In this document: piece by piece, positions 47,560-56,608 of the stretch
Numbering within the stretch: the first letter of the stretch is position 1
Layout of the letters: every line of letters begins with the position of its first letter
Source of the DNA: Bradymonadales bacterium
Lineage (GTDB): Bacteria > Bdellovibrionota > UBA2394
Assembly: GCA_007693605.1 (NCBI GenBank)
Contig: REDG01000046.1
Coordinates: 1-64,000, forward strand
Length of the DNA stretch: 64,000 bases
Direction: 5' to 3'
The notes under the pieces: model-generated
Told to the model about the DNA's origin: nothing
The model's input: the letters and a program-made list of their open reading frames with translations, nothing else
Databases searched by the model: none
Position numbers and translations under genes: made by a program

Positions 47560-47610
47560 GCCCAAAGCCAGAAACGCAGCCGCCGGCAGATGGGCCCTTA
47601 GCGCCAGTCC
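47560..47610 (+). repeat. Family A repeat, short copy overlapping the PPIase stop
   Basis: GAAACGCAGCCGCCGGCAGATGGGCCCTTAGCGCCAGTCC. Confidence 0.85.
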
Positions 47611-48083
47611 TAGTCGGGTAATCTCATCAATATATGATACCCATACGGCGATCGTCTTGGGTGATATTCTAGAAAGCCGATCTCTCCGACTCGTAGTCTG
47701 AAGGCCAGGCTGGCGAACCCGCTGACCATTTGTCCTCTGGGAAATTCATTGCCCTGAAGGCTCACTCCAAAGTTTGCCAGCTCATAGACTCCTGGGACTT
47801 GATCGTCGGAATACTGTTGCACGAGATTCGAGAATTCGGAGGGTTTTGCTTTAGCTCTTTCATACAAAGAGCGAGCGAGCTCCTCGGCCTCTGCCTGAGT
47901 TCTTGAGACTCTCTCGTTGGGAAGGCTCCCTGAAACCCCAATCAACAGATGCTGCACCCGTACTCGTCGGGGCTCTTCTTGTGTCGCACGGGGAAGCTCC
48001 GAAGGGTCTTGGCGCTTCTCTTGACAAGAAAGCATCGCAAATGAACCCACCAACAAAAACAAAATCCCTACAGACTTCAACAT
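47610..48083 (-). CDS. Parvulin-type peptidyl-prolyl isomerase, probable lipoprotein
   Basis: Signal peptide ending MLSC; VRVQHLLI, YSDD, MVSGF, SPYGYHIL. Confidence 0.88.
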   Translation of the reverse strand: MLKSVGILFLLVGSFAMLSCQEKRQDPSELPRATQEEPRRVRVQHLLIGVSGSLPNERVSRTQAEAEELARSLYERAKAKPSEFSNLVQQYSDDQVPGVYELANFGVSLQGNEFPRGQMVSGFASLAFRLRVGEIGFLEYHPRRSPYGYHILMRLPD

Positions 48084-48140
48084 CTTTCAAATTGCTCCCA
48101 AAGATTGCGAGACATGAAACTCCCTGCTACTTCTTTTGGT

Positions 48141-48863
48141 ATGGCAGGCCATAACAAATGGAGTAAAGTAAAAAGACTTAAAGCCGTCACGGATGCCAAA
48201 AAGTCCGCTCTTTACGGAAAATACATCAAAGAGATCACTGTGGCCGCAAAGCTTGGCGGAGCCGATCCGGACGGCAATGCTCGCCTCAGAAAAGCGATTT
48301 CGGACGCCAAGGCTCAGAGCGTACCAAAAGATAATATTGAAAGAGCCTTGAAGAAGGCGGCAGGCGAAAGCTCAGAGGCCCAACTTGAAGAACTCACTTA
48401 CGAAGGATATGGCCCCCAGGGCGTGGCTGTTCTTGTCGAGTGCGTCACAGACAAAAGAACGCGCACCCAACCTGAGCTAAGGAAAATCTTTGAGAAAAAT
48501 GGTGGCAGCATTGCCGAAGCAGGGGCAGTGGCATGGGGATTTGAGCGGAAAGGCTTGATTTTGGTTCAGACGGATGAGGTCACAGAGGAGAAGCTCACGG
48601 AGTTTGCCGTAGAGTCTGGAGCTGAAGACATTCAGGTCGCGAGCGAGGGTTACGAGATCATCACCGCCCCCACAGAGTTTCTGAGAGTTTATGCGGCCTT
48701 CGAAAAGGAAGGAGTTAAAATGGAATTGGCTGAACTCAGCTTCATTCCCTTGAACAAGGTTCCTGTGGCGGCTGATCAGCTAGAGGGCCTTCAGAAGTTG
48801 ATTGAAAGCCTTGAAGACCACGAGGCCGTTCAGCGCGTGACCACCAACGCAGACTTCGGTTAA
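48141..48863 (+). CDS. yebC: YebC/PmpR family protein
   Basis: MAGHNKWSKVK, YEGYGP; upstream of ruvCAB. Confidence 0.95.
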   Translation: MAGHNKWSKVKRLKAVTDAKKSALYGKYIKEITVAAKLGGADPDGNARLRKAISDAKAQSVPKDNIERALKKAAGESSEAQLEELTYEGYGPQGVAVLVECVTDKRTRTQPELRKIFEKNGGSIAEAGAVAWGFERKGLILVQTDEVTEEKLTEFAVESGAEDIQVASEGYEIITAPTEFLRVYAAFEKEGVKMELAELSFIPLNKVPVAADQLEGLQKLIESLEDHEAVQRVTTNADFG

Positions 48864-48903
48864 ACTCAGAGCGAGTGAATTTGGTGGAGGTTAAATCAAA
48901 AGC

Positions 48904-49455
48904 ATGATTCTTTTGGCGATCGATCCCGGAAGCTTAAAGACGGGCTTTGCCATCATGAAGCAAGAGGCCGGTCGGCTCGTTCGCCTCAGCTCAGGCGCAC
49001 TTTTCTTGGACGCTCAACAGGCTCTTCCTCAGAGGCTCGTTTGCCTCGCCCAAGACATAGAAGAGCTCATTCAAAAGTACAAGCCAACAGAACTCGCCAT
49101 TGAGAAAACCTTTTTTGCCAAGAACGCTCAATCTGCCCTCACTCTGGGTCAAGCTCGCGGAGTGCTGATTTTAAAGGCCGCGGAGCACAGACTTGAGATC
49201 TTTGAGTATAGCGCCACACAAGTGAAGTCCTCGCTCTGCGGCTCCGGAAGAGCCTCTAAGGACCAGATCGCCTTCATGGTCCGCCAGCTACTAAAACTGC
49301 CTAAGACTTTCGAATTTTCCGGCAACGACGAGGCAGATGCACTTGCCATCGGCCTCACACACGGACAGACTAGGGGAAAATTGGGGGTTTCAAGCCATGA
49401 TCGCGCAACTTCGAGGAAAACTTCTTCTAAAGACTCCAACCCAATCCGTCATTGA
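48904..49455 (+). CDS. ruvC: Holliday junction resolvase
   Basis: AIDPG, AIEKTF, LGQARG, GRASKDQI, DEADALAI. Confidence 0.95.
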   Translation: MILLAIDPGSLKTGFAIMKQEAGRLVRLSSGALFLDAQQALPQRLVCLAQDIEELIQKYKPTELAIEKTFFAKNAQSALTLGQARGVLILKAAEHRLEIFEYSATQVKSSLCGSGRASKDQIAFMVRQLLKLPKTFEFSGNDEADALAIGLTHGQTRGKLGVSSHDRATSRKTSSKDSNPIRH

Positions 49456-49990
49456 TTGCTCCGGCGTCGGATACGAAGTCAACCACACTCCCTTCACCGC
49501 AGAAAAAATGCCCCAAGGAGAAGTCAGTTTATATATCTACACCTATGTCAAAGAAGACATCCTCCAGCTCTACGGCTTCTACGATCCGGCAGAAAAGGAG
49601 AGCTTTAAACAGCTGATTCGAGTGAGCAGTGTGGGGCCAAAACTCGCCCTGAGTATTCTTTCCAGTTTGGCCTACCAAGAGCTTTGGTCCGCTGTTCAGG
49701 CCAGAGACTTCAGTCGGCTTCAGGGCATCCCAGGCATAGGCAAAAAAACTGCAGAGAGGCTCAGCTTAGAGCTTAAAGATCGAATTCCGAATATCAGCTT
49801 TCAACCAGGCCCCGCAGGAGCAACTTCTGGAAGTCAAGAGTTAGAGAGCATCCTCTTGAACCTGGGCTATCAACGAAATGAGGTTCAGCGCAGTTTGAAG
49901 AAGATCTCTGACTCAGACGAAAACTTTTATCAGGAACCTTTGGAGACGGCCGTCAGACGAGCATTGTCTGAATTGACCGGCTCAGCCTAG
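49397..49990 (+). CDS. ruvA: Holliday junction DNA-binding protein
   Basis: MIAQLRG, GVGYEV, LYGF, VGPKLAL, PGIGKKTAER; start ATG 49397. Confidence 0.95.
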   Translation: MIAQLRGKLLLKTPTQSVIDCSGVGYEVNHTPFTAEKMPQGEVSLYIYTYVKEDILQLYGFYDPAEKESFKQLIRVSSVGPKLALSILSSLAYQELWSAVQARDFSRLQGIPGIGKKTAERLSLELKDRIPNISFQPGPAGATSGSQELESILLNLGYQRNEVQRSLKKISDSDENFYQEPLETAVRRALSELTGSA

Positions 49991-50002
49991 AGAGGGAGTC
50001 TT

Positions 50003-51028
50003 ATGATTGTAGAGAGCACAGAAGCTTCAGAAAGCAGATTACTTAGCCAAGTCGCTCACGAGACAGAAGATTTCAACCAACTGCGACCCAAGCGCTTGGA
50101 GGACTTCATCGGGCAACGAAAGCTAAAAGAAAATTTGAGGGTGTTCATCGAAGCCGCGAAGATTCGGAAAGAGGCCCTGGATCATGTCTTGCTCTCTGGC
50201 CCGCCGGGTCTTGGAAAGACAAGCCTGTCTCATATCATTGCGAGAGAAATGGGCACGAACATTCGAGTCACCAGCGGCCCTGCCATTGAAAAGGCCGGCG
50301 ATCTTGCTGCAATTCTCACGCATTTAGAGGCTTACGATCTTGTCTTTATTGATGAGATTCACCGATTGCCTCGAACGGTGGAAGAGATTCTCTATCCGGC
50401 GATGGAAGACTTCAAACTGGATCTGACTGTTGGGGAAGGTCCGGCTGCGAGATCGCTTCGCTTGGACATTCCCCCCTTCACTTTAGTCGGGGCGACCACT
50501 CGAAGCGGAATGTTGACCTCTCCGCTTCGTTCGCGATTTGGCATTCCATTGCAGCTCGAGTTTTACACTCCAGACGAATTGACAGAGATTGTAAAACGCT
50601 CGGCTCAGATTCTTGGCATTGCGATTGAAGAAGAGGCGGCCTTCGAGATCGCCACAAGATCACGAAGCACCCCTCGCATTGCGAATCGCCTTCTGAAACG
50701 AGTACGAGATTTTGCTCAGACTCAGGGCCTAGACAAGATCACTCGCGGCTGCGCTGATCAGAGCCTTCTGAAGTTAGAGATTGATTCTCAGGGATGTGAC
50801 CCCATGGACAAGAAGTATCTTGGTTTACTGGTTGAGAGATTTCAGGGCGGCCCCGTTGGAATCGAAACCCTCAGCGCCTCTCTTCAAGAAGACCGAGAAA
50901 CTCTTGAAGACATTTACGAACCTTATCTGATGCAGGCGGGTTTTGTTTCGAGAACCTCTAGAGGTCGAGTCGCGACCGAGAAGGCTTATTCTCTTCTAGG
51001 AAGGAAGATGCCCAATAAACTCTTCTAG
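50003..51028 (+). CDS. ruvB: Holliday junction branch-migration ATPase
   Basis: [39 protein letters not shown]. Confidence 0.97.
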   Translation: MIVESTEASESRLLSQVAHETEDFNQLRPKRLEDFIGQRKLKENLRVFIEAAKIRKEALDHVLLSGPPGLGKTSLSHIIAREMGTNIRVTSGPAIEKAGDLAAILTHLEAYDLVFIDEIHRLPRTVEEILYPAMEDFKLDLTVGEGPAARSLRLDIPPFTLVGATTRSGMLTSPLRSRFGIPLQLEFYTPDELTEIVKRSAQILGIAIEEEAAFEIATRSRSTPRIANRLLKRVRDFAQTQGLDKITRGCADQSLLKLEIDSQGCDPMDKKYLGLLVERFQGGPVGIETLSASLQEDRETLEDIYEPYLMQAGFVSRTSRGRVATEKAYSLLGRKMPNKLF

Positions 51029-51054
51029 TGGTCCAACCGGTAAATTGTTTCCGT

Positions 51055-51098
51055 AGCGACGCAGCCGCCGAAGCAGGTGGGCCCTTAGCGACACTCCC
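51055..51098 (+). repeat. Family A repeat, right-end copy 1 nt after the TPR-PilZ stop
   Basis: AGCGACGCAGCCGCCGAAGCAGGTGGGCCCTTAGCGACACTCCC. Confidence 0.88.
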
Positions 51099-51099
51099 A

Positions 51100-52053
51100 T
51101 TAGACTGCAAGATGAAGGTTGATTAGATCTTCTTCCCTAGGAGAGAGGTGCTCAAACTTCACGCCCCAATGTTTTTGATCTTTCTGGTAGATCAGTCGAG
51201 CGTAACCCCGAACCGGTTGCTTGTTTTGAAGCATCAGTGAAAAGTTGAATTCTTTCGGGGGAGAGTCTGCTTGAATCAAACAACCTCCTGCTGAAAGAGA
51301 CCTCACTCGCACATCCTGGGCGAAAAGACTGTCGAAAGAATTGCACATCATCGAATGGTTCACAGGCTTTCGTCTCCACCGACGGCGAGCCCTCGAGCTA
51401 CTTCTCTTTACAACCGAAGGCTTAGAGCTTGAAAAATCACGCCTCATTTTCTGAAGATAATCCCGAGCGATTTGATTCTGAGGTTGCTTCTCAAGAAGTT
51501 TTCTAAAACATTGAGCTGACTTCTCAAAGCTCTCTTGCTGAAAATACAAGGCCCCCATCAAAATCAGAGCGCGAGAATGGCTGGGATTTCGATAGATCAA
51601 TTCTCGACAGTATTTCATGACTTGATTCGCATTCTTGCTGGCATAGGCAGCATCTGAAGCCATCTCCAACTCTTCAATATTCAGGCTAGAAATGTCCTTC
51701 AGCTCCACCAGTTCAAGAAGCCTCTCGTAGTTCTTTGCTTTGTATGCCCCACTCAGGCTTTCAAATGGAGTGCTCGGCTGAAGCCTCTTTAACTGATCGA
51801 TCACCTTTGAGAGACCAGAGAATTCTCGATGAACAATCTCTTTCTGAGAACTCGGTCGATCCACAGAGAGAAACCAAGACTTCAAACTCTCAAGTGCCTT
51901 AAGACACTCCGCGTCTGAGGATTGAATGAGATCAATGAAAGCTGTTACAATTCCCTGAGCTTTCAGGTCTTTACGAAATTTCTGCACCGCATTTCCTTCC
52001 TGCTCCAGAATATCAAAATATTGCAAGAGATGGGGGGCTGGTGCCAGGAACAA
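51100..52053 (-). CDS. TPR protein with C-terminal PilZ-like domain
   Basis: TPR (ALILMGALYFQQESFEKSAQCFRKLL); RRRWRR, SLSAGGCL, WGVKF PilZ pattern. Confidence 0.7.
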   Translation of the reverse strand: MFLAPAPHLLQYFDILEQEGNAVQKFRKDLKAQGIVTAFIDLIQSSDAECLKALESLKSWFLSVDRPSSQKEIVHREFSGLSKVIDQLKRLQPSTPFESLSGAYKAKNYERLLELVELKDISSLNIEELEMASDAAYASKNANQVMKYCRELIYRNPSHSRALILMGALYFQQESFEKSAQCFRKLLEKQPQNQIARDYLQKMRRDFSSSKPSVVKRSSSRARRRWRRKPVNHSMMCNSFDSLFAQDVRVRSLSAGGCLIQADSPPKEFNFSLMLQNKQPVRGYARLIYQKDQKHWGVKFEHLSPREEDLINLHLAV

Positions 52054-52063
52054 AAGTTACCAG

Positions 52064-52891
52064 TCATTTTGAAGCTCCAAAGCAGACCTGTTGAGGCCGC
52101 AATAGATCGCAGATCTCAGAAACTTCTCTTCGAAGCTCCAAGGCTCGACGAGAGTCTCTTTGGTCTATCCTCCATGCCTCCCAATATTTCTCTTCGGCGC
52201 GACGAAGAATCTCTGATCTAAAGACTCCAAAATCTTGAGGATAGTCAGAGAAAAGAAGCTTCCGAGCCGCTCCTAAGATATCTTCGCTCAAAATAAGCTG
52301 CGTGATCTCTTCTTCAATCAAGGCCTTTTCACGCGCTCGAAGAACTTTCTCTGGATGACAAAACTGCGCCGCTCTTAGACTGTGCTCAAGCTGGCCGAGC
52401 TCCGCAAGGGCGAGCCTAAAGTTTTTCTGCCGAAGAGCCTCTGAAAAAATCCTATCTGAACTTTGCCAAGCCTCTTGCCACTCGACGGACTGGCCACTGA
52501 GCCAGAGGTCGAATGAAGGGCAAGCAAACTCTTCTTTCGAACGAAGTGACGAACAAGAGAAAATCAAAACAAGTAAAAGTCCAATCAATGAGAAGCCAAG
52601 CATTCCGAAAGACCTGTGAGAGCTTGAAAAACTGAAAGGTCGCCAGTCCACCGCCAGACTTCCTAGTTTGAAGATATGGCCTGGGGGCCATCGCTCCCGA
52701 CTACCCGTCTGAAAGTTCTCGAACTCTTCCCTCTTAAAGTCCAGCCGGCCCAAAAGAGCTTCGGCTTCAGGAACTTGAAAATCACAACTCTTGTCCGATC
52801 CGATCAGTATGTCTCTTGATTGAAATATCTTTCGACGAAGTTTCTCGCTTCTCGAATCCCAATATCGAAGATAGATGAGTTTAGGAATCAC
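52064..52891 (-). CDS. Membrane protein with degenerate FHA-like N-terminus
   Basis: ILIGSDKSCDFQV FHA-like start, one TM, helical C-terminus; overlaps the upstream tad gene. Confidence 0.55.
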   Translation of the reverse strand: MIPKLIYLRYWDSRSEKLRRKIFQSRDILIGSDKSCDFQVPEAEALLGRLDFKREEFENFQTGSRERWPPGHIFKLGSLAVDWRPFSFSSSHRSFGMLGFSLIGLLLVLIFSCSSLRSKEEFACPSFDLWLSGQSVEWQEAWQSSDRIFSEALRQKNFRLALAELGQLEHSLRAAQFCHPEKVLRAREKALIEEEITQLILSEDILGAARKLLFSDYPQDFGVFRSEILRRAEEKYWEAWRIDQRDSRRALELRREVSEICDLLRPQQVCFGASK

Positions 52892-53858
52892 CTGAAAACT
52901 CCCAGTTGAGCTGTAGTTCGTAGAAAGCGGGGCCCATCACAAGATACAGACATCCCGGAAAGCAAAGAAAAACGAGCGGCAATAGACTTAAAAGTGAGTC
53001 TTTTCTCAGTCGATACTCCGCCAATGCGAAGAGCCTCTGGCTCTCTTCCTGACTCATGCGATCTAAAAACTGAGCCACTCCCACTCCCGTCTTCATCGTC
53101 CATGAGATCCCTAAGAGAATTCGATCCCAGGGGCTGACCATCTTTGGCAAGCTTTCCTCCAGACGAGATTGAAAGCTTTGGGTCTGATTTTTTCGCTGAA
53201 TGCTTGCCAAACAAGAGGGTAAACGAAGCCCTTTGGCCATTTCGCCCCAGGCTGATTGAATATCCTCCCCGGCTTGAATCCGAATGGAAAGAAAGTGAAG
53301 GGCCGGCAGACCGCAAACCTCTTGCTGCAATCGTTTCTCACTTCGAATTGAAATCCGATGAAGCAGAAAGGCGCCAAGCCCCAAAGGAAAGAGCCCGTAC
53401 AGAAACAAGTCCCATCGCCCAAAGTGAAGAAAACTTCTGAAGAGATCTGGCAGTAAAATGGGCAAAACCACCGCCAGAACAAAGCAAAACAGAAGACAGA
53501 AGCCCCCTTGGGCGATGGGAATGAGAAAGAGATTCCGCTGAATCTCGCGTACTCGACTCAATTGAAAGATGAGATCCTGAAATTGAGAAAGGGCCTGAAT
53601 GAGAGAGCCCTGTCCCTTCTGCTGGATCAATAAGATTTCAAAGAAGATCGACTCTTCTTCTCTTAAAGCTTCAGCTCTTTTTTTCAAAAGAAAAGGCTGA
53701 GCCCCCATCGTCTCAATTTCGGCGACCCAACGACGAGCCAAAGGAGCTTGCTTTGAGTTGGACTGAGCCAGCCATTGCAGGGCAGCCACCCAGTCTCTCC
53801 CCGCCTGAAGACTCATCAGAAAAAGCTCGTTGAGTTGTTGAATCTCCTTTAGTTTCAT
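52881..53858 (-). CDS. Tad/T2SS-F-type inner-membrane platform protein with two repeat units (TadB+TadC-like)
   Basis: FLMSLQAGRDWVAAL and FLSIRIQAGEDIQSAW each followed by TM segments; C-terminal PLVFLCFPG; directly after the ATPase. Confidence 0.65.
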   Translation of the reverse strand: MKLKEIQQLNELFLMSLQAGRDWVAALQWLAQSNSKQAPLARRWVAEIETMGAQPFLLKKRAEALREEESIFFEILLIQQKGQGSLIQALSQFQDLIFQLSRVREIQRNLFLIPIAQGGFCLLFCFVLAVVLPILLPDLFRSFLHFGRWDLFLYGLFPLGLGAFLLHRISIRSEKRLQQEVCGLPALHFLSIRIQAGEDIQSAWGEMAKGLRLPSCLASIQRKNQTQSFQSRLEESLPKMVSPWDRILLGISWTMKTGVGVAQFLDRMSQEESQRLFALAEYRLRKDSLLSLLPLVFLCFPGCLYLVMGPAFYELQLNWEFSGDS

Positions 53859-55228
53859 GCCGCCCTGTCTCGCTCGAAGCCTCCAAAAACTCTTGAGAGC
53901 AAGAATTGTCGACCCTCTCTGCCCTTCAGTTCGGAAACTTCTGCGATTCGCCTTTGGTTGGAAGCATCCTTTTCACAAAAAATGACCACATCAATATTTC
54001 TGGAAATGAGTTCCATCAACTCCTGCTCCCCCAGACCCGGGCTGGCGAGCTGAACAAGACAGTAAAATCTCCATAAAGCGTCTCTGGCTGAGTTGGCATG
54101 AAGGCTGGTCAGACTCCCCCGATGGCCTGTGTTCAATGCCAACAACATATCCCAGGCTTCTGAACCCCGAACCTCACCAATTAGAATTCGATCTGGTCGC
54201 ATCCTTAAACTGTCTTTCACGAGCGCTCGAAGACCCCGATCTGAACTTGTTTGTAGGTAGCAGGTATTCACCCGCCCCCTCTGAAGTTCTGGAACATCCT
54301 CCATCACGATCAGCCTTTCGATGGGATTTAGATTCCCCACGAGAGCGCCAAGAAGAGTGGTCTTACCGGAGCCAGTCGCTCCGCAGACAAGAATGCTCTT
54401 TCTTCGCTCGAGATAGGACTGCAAGCATTTGAGCATTTCTCGATCAAACATCCCCTTGGTCATTAGCTCCTCTAGTTTCAAGGGCGAAACAAAGTGCTTT
54501 CTGATCGACAGATAGAGCTCCCCTTGAGTCAATGGGGGACCCAGCACATGACAGCGCGCCCTGGGCTCCATGATCTCGAATTCCACCGACGGGTTCTTCT
54601 CGTCAAAGACTTGAGAATATCGATTAAGAAGATTTTCAATATAAAGCTGATAGCTCTCCCTCTTCGAAAACTGAAGCTTCGACCTTTCAAGCTGACCTGA
54701 CTTTTCGACCCAGATTTCTTGATCACTCAAACAAAGAATGTCAGAGACCTCAGTGTCGGAGAGAAGCTTTTCGACTGGCCCCTTTAGTTTTAGTTCACTC
54801 CACTCCCGCGTAAGAAAGTCCTTCAACTCGTTCGGAATGGGGCCAGAGAAAAAGTGAAGTTTAGAGAGGCTTTGAATCACTTCTTCCATCTCTGTCTCGC
54901 TTCGACAGCTCATTTCTCTTTTGAAGTGATCACTTAAGAAACTTTGATGCGCATTGAGCAAGGCGGGGCCGTCTAGAATGCGAAAGCGGCAGCCTCCCCA
55001 CTCTAGATCTTGATCTCCATCCCGCTCCAACTCCAACTCACAACGACCCCAAAGATCCTGCAAAATCCAAACTCCATCCCTTTGATGAATGAGACCATGG
55101 AGGGGTCGAAAGTTCTTAGAGTTCAATCGAATGTGATTGGTGATGGCACTTCCGAGGCTGAGCCCCTCTCTTAAAAGATGAAAGCGTATCGGCGCCTCAC
55201 TCGCTTCAATGAACCGAAGCCATCTCAA
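53855..55228 (-). CDS. CpaF/TadA-type pilus ATPase with N-terminal FHA-like domain
   Basis: GPVEKLLSD, LSIRK, GATGSGKTT, LRMRPDRILIGEVRG, TGHRGSLTSLHANS. Confidence 0.9.
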   Translation of the reverse strand: MRWLRFIEASEAPIRFHLLREGLSLGSAITNHIRLNSKNFRPLHGLIHQRDGVWILQDLWGRCELELERDGDQDLEWGGCRFRILDGPALLNAHQSFLSDHFKREMSCRSETEMEEVIQSLSKLHFFSGPIPNELKDFLTREWSELKLKGPVEKLLSDTEVSDILCLSDQEIWVEKSGQLERSKLQFSKRESYQLYIENLLNRYSQVFDEKNPSVEFEIMEPRARCHVLGPPLTQGELYLSIRKHFVSPLKLEELMTKGMFDREMLKCLQSYLERRKSILVCGATGSGKTTLLGALVGNLNPIERLIVMEDVPELQRGRVNTCYLQTSSDRGLRALVKDSLRMRPDRILIGEVRGSEAWDMLLALNTGHRGSLTSLHANSARDALWRFYCLVQLASPGLGEQELMELISRNIDVVIFCEKDASNQRRIAEVSELKGREGRQFLLSRVFGGFERDRAA

Positions 55229-56334
55229 TTCAAATCCTCTCTTTCCTTTTCAATTCTCCATGGCCCCTCTGGTTCGGTGGCTGTCACAAAGATATAGGCT
55301 TCGCTCTCTTGACGGCGATAGGATCGACTTTGCAACAAGTTGCCGAGCAGTGGAACCCTGTCAATTCCTGGAACCGCCTGGCGAAAGCCGCTCTTTGATA
55401 GCTGATAGAGCCCAGCAATGGCAGAAGTCTCTCGAAGACGAATTCGACTGTTTGTTGTCAGTCGTTTGTGTTGAATCAATGGAAGACCATCAATTCCCCC
55501 CGCGAGATCGGGCTCTCGAATGCTGGCCTCCACTTTGAGGTCAATCTGATCTTCGCCAACGAATCGGACTTCAAAGCCCAGATTCAGCCCGTACCGAATC
55601 CGCTCAATCGAAGACCTCTGCCGGCCTGAGAGTCTAACGGCATACTCTCCTCCGGCTTCGAACTGCGCCGGCAGTCCTTCTCTCGAAACAAGAGATTGTT
55701 TGTGATGAATCGTGGCGTCTCCCTCTGCGAGGGCCAGGTCGAGAAAACTCCCTATCGGATTGATGCCTTCAATTTGAAGGGCTGATGCCGTTCGAAGATG
55801 CAGGCTTGTTAAGAAATCAATCGGGCTACCGAATCGCAAGCCCAGGTCCTGTAAACGACTCTTCCGTATCTCAATGAAGGCCAGCTCCAGACGCACTTGA
55901 CGAGAGGGGGCTTTAGGCTGAATAGAAGGGCGGAGTTCCGAACGGATGGGAAGACCCCAGCCTCTGACTTCTCGGATCAAGCTCGGATCCTCTGAACTCA
56001 AATGAAGAACCCCAGCTTTGATCTGGAGTTCAGCCCTAGGAGAAATCTGGCGAACTGCCTCTCTCAGATCCTCTAGGAGCTCATTCGAAACATCCAGATC
56101 AAGTTCAATTTGGGAATTTGATCGCATCACAAACTCATGGAGAGTCTCTAGGTCTTGTGCTCGATAAACCTTCCCCCGAAAGCTCGCTCTCTCTTCATCA
56201 TTAAAAAATTCGAGGCCCGGTAGTCGTTCTGCAAAATTTCGAGCATCTCTCCACAGACCAGGGTTCTGATCTGAAATCCTTTGATCCCAGGCTTGAAGGG
56301 AAAAACTGACGCAAAGTAGGGCGAGAGCAAGCAT
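55225..56334 (-). CDS. RcpA/CpaC-type Tad secretin (short, divergent)
   Basis: Signal peptide, QVRLELAFIEI, EGLPAQFEAGGEY, PGIDRVPLLGNLL, YIFVT. Confidence 0.8.
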   Translation of the reverse strand: MLALALLCVSFSLQAWDQRISDQNPGLWRDARNFAERLPGLEFFNDEERASFRGKVYRAQDLETLHEFVMRSNSQIELDLDVSNELLEDLREAVRQISPRAELQIKAGVLHLSSEDPSLIREVRGWGLPIRSELRPSIQPKAPSRQVRLELAFIEIRKSRLQDLGLRFGSPIDFLTSLHLRTASALQIEGINPIGSFLDLALAEGDATIHHKQSLVSREGLPAQFEAGGEYAVRLSGRQRSSIERIRYGLNLGFEVRFVGEDQIDLKVEASIREPDLAGGIDGLPLIQHKRLTTNSRIRLRETSAIAGLYQLSKSGFRQAVPGIDRVPLLGNLLQSRSYRRQESEAYIFVTATEPEGPWRIEKEREDLN

Positions 56335-56443
56335 ACGATGAGACGACCTGCAGCTTCTGGGCCACCACTCAGACTAAGAAAATCCAGAAGGTTCTGGGGC
56401 CTATGCCCCCGAAAACCGGAAAGACTTCCGAAAAGCTCTCAGG

Positions 56444-56464
56444 GCTAGTGGTCCAACCACTAGC
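56444..56464. repeat. Short palindrome containing a 14-mer also found at 51025-51038
   Basis: GCTAGTGGT-CCA-ACCACTAGC; CTAGTGGTCCAACC occurs at both sites. Confidence 0.5.
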
Positions 56465-56608
56465 ATCGAAGGACGAGGGGCAGAACGGAATAGCTCGTAG
56501 TGAACGGCTCACTTGGATGAGAACTTAAAAAATTCAATCTTTTCAGTGACTTCCAACTCAATTCCAGCTGCCGATGCCCTTTAAATGAATTTTGATAAAC
56601 TATAGACA

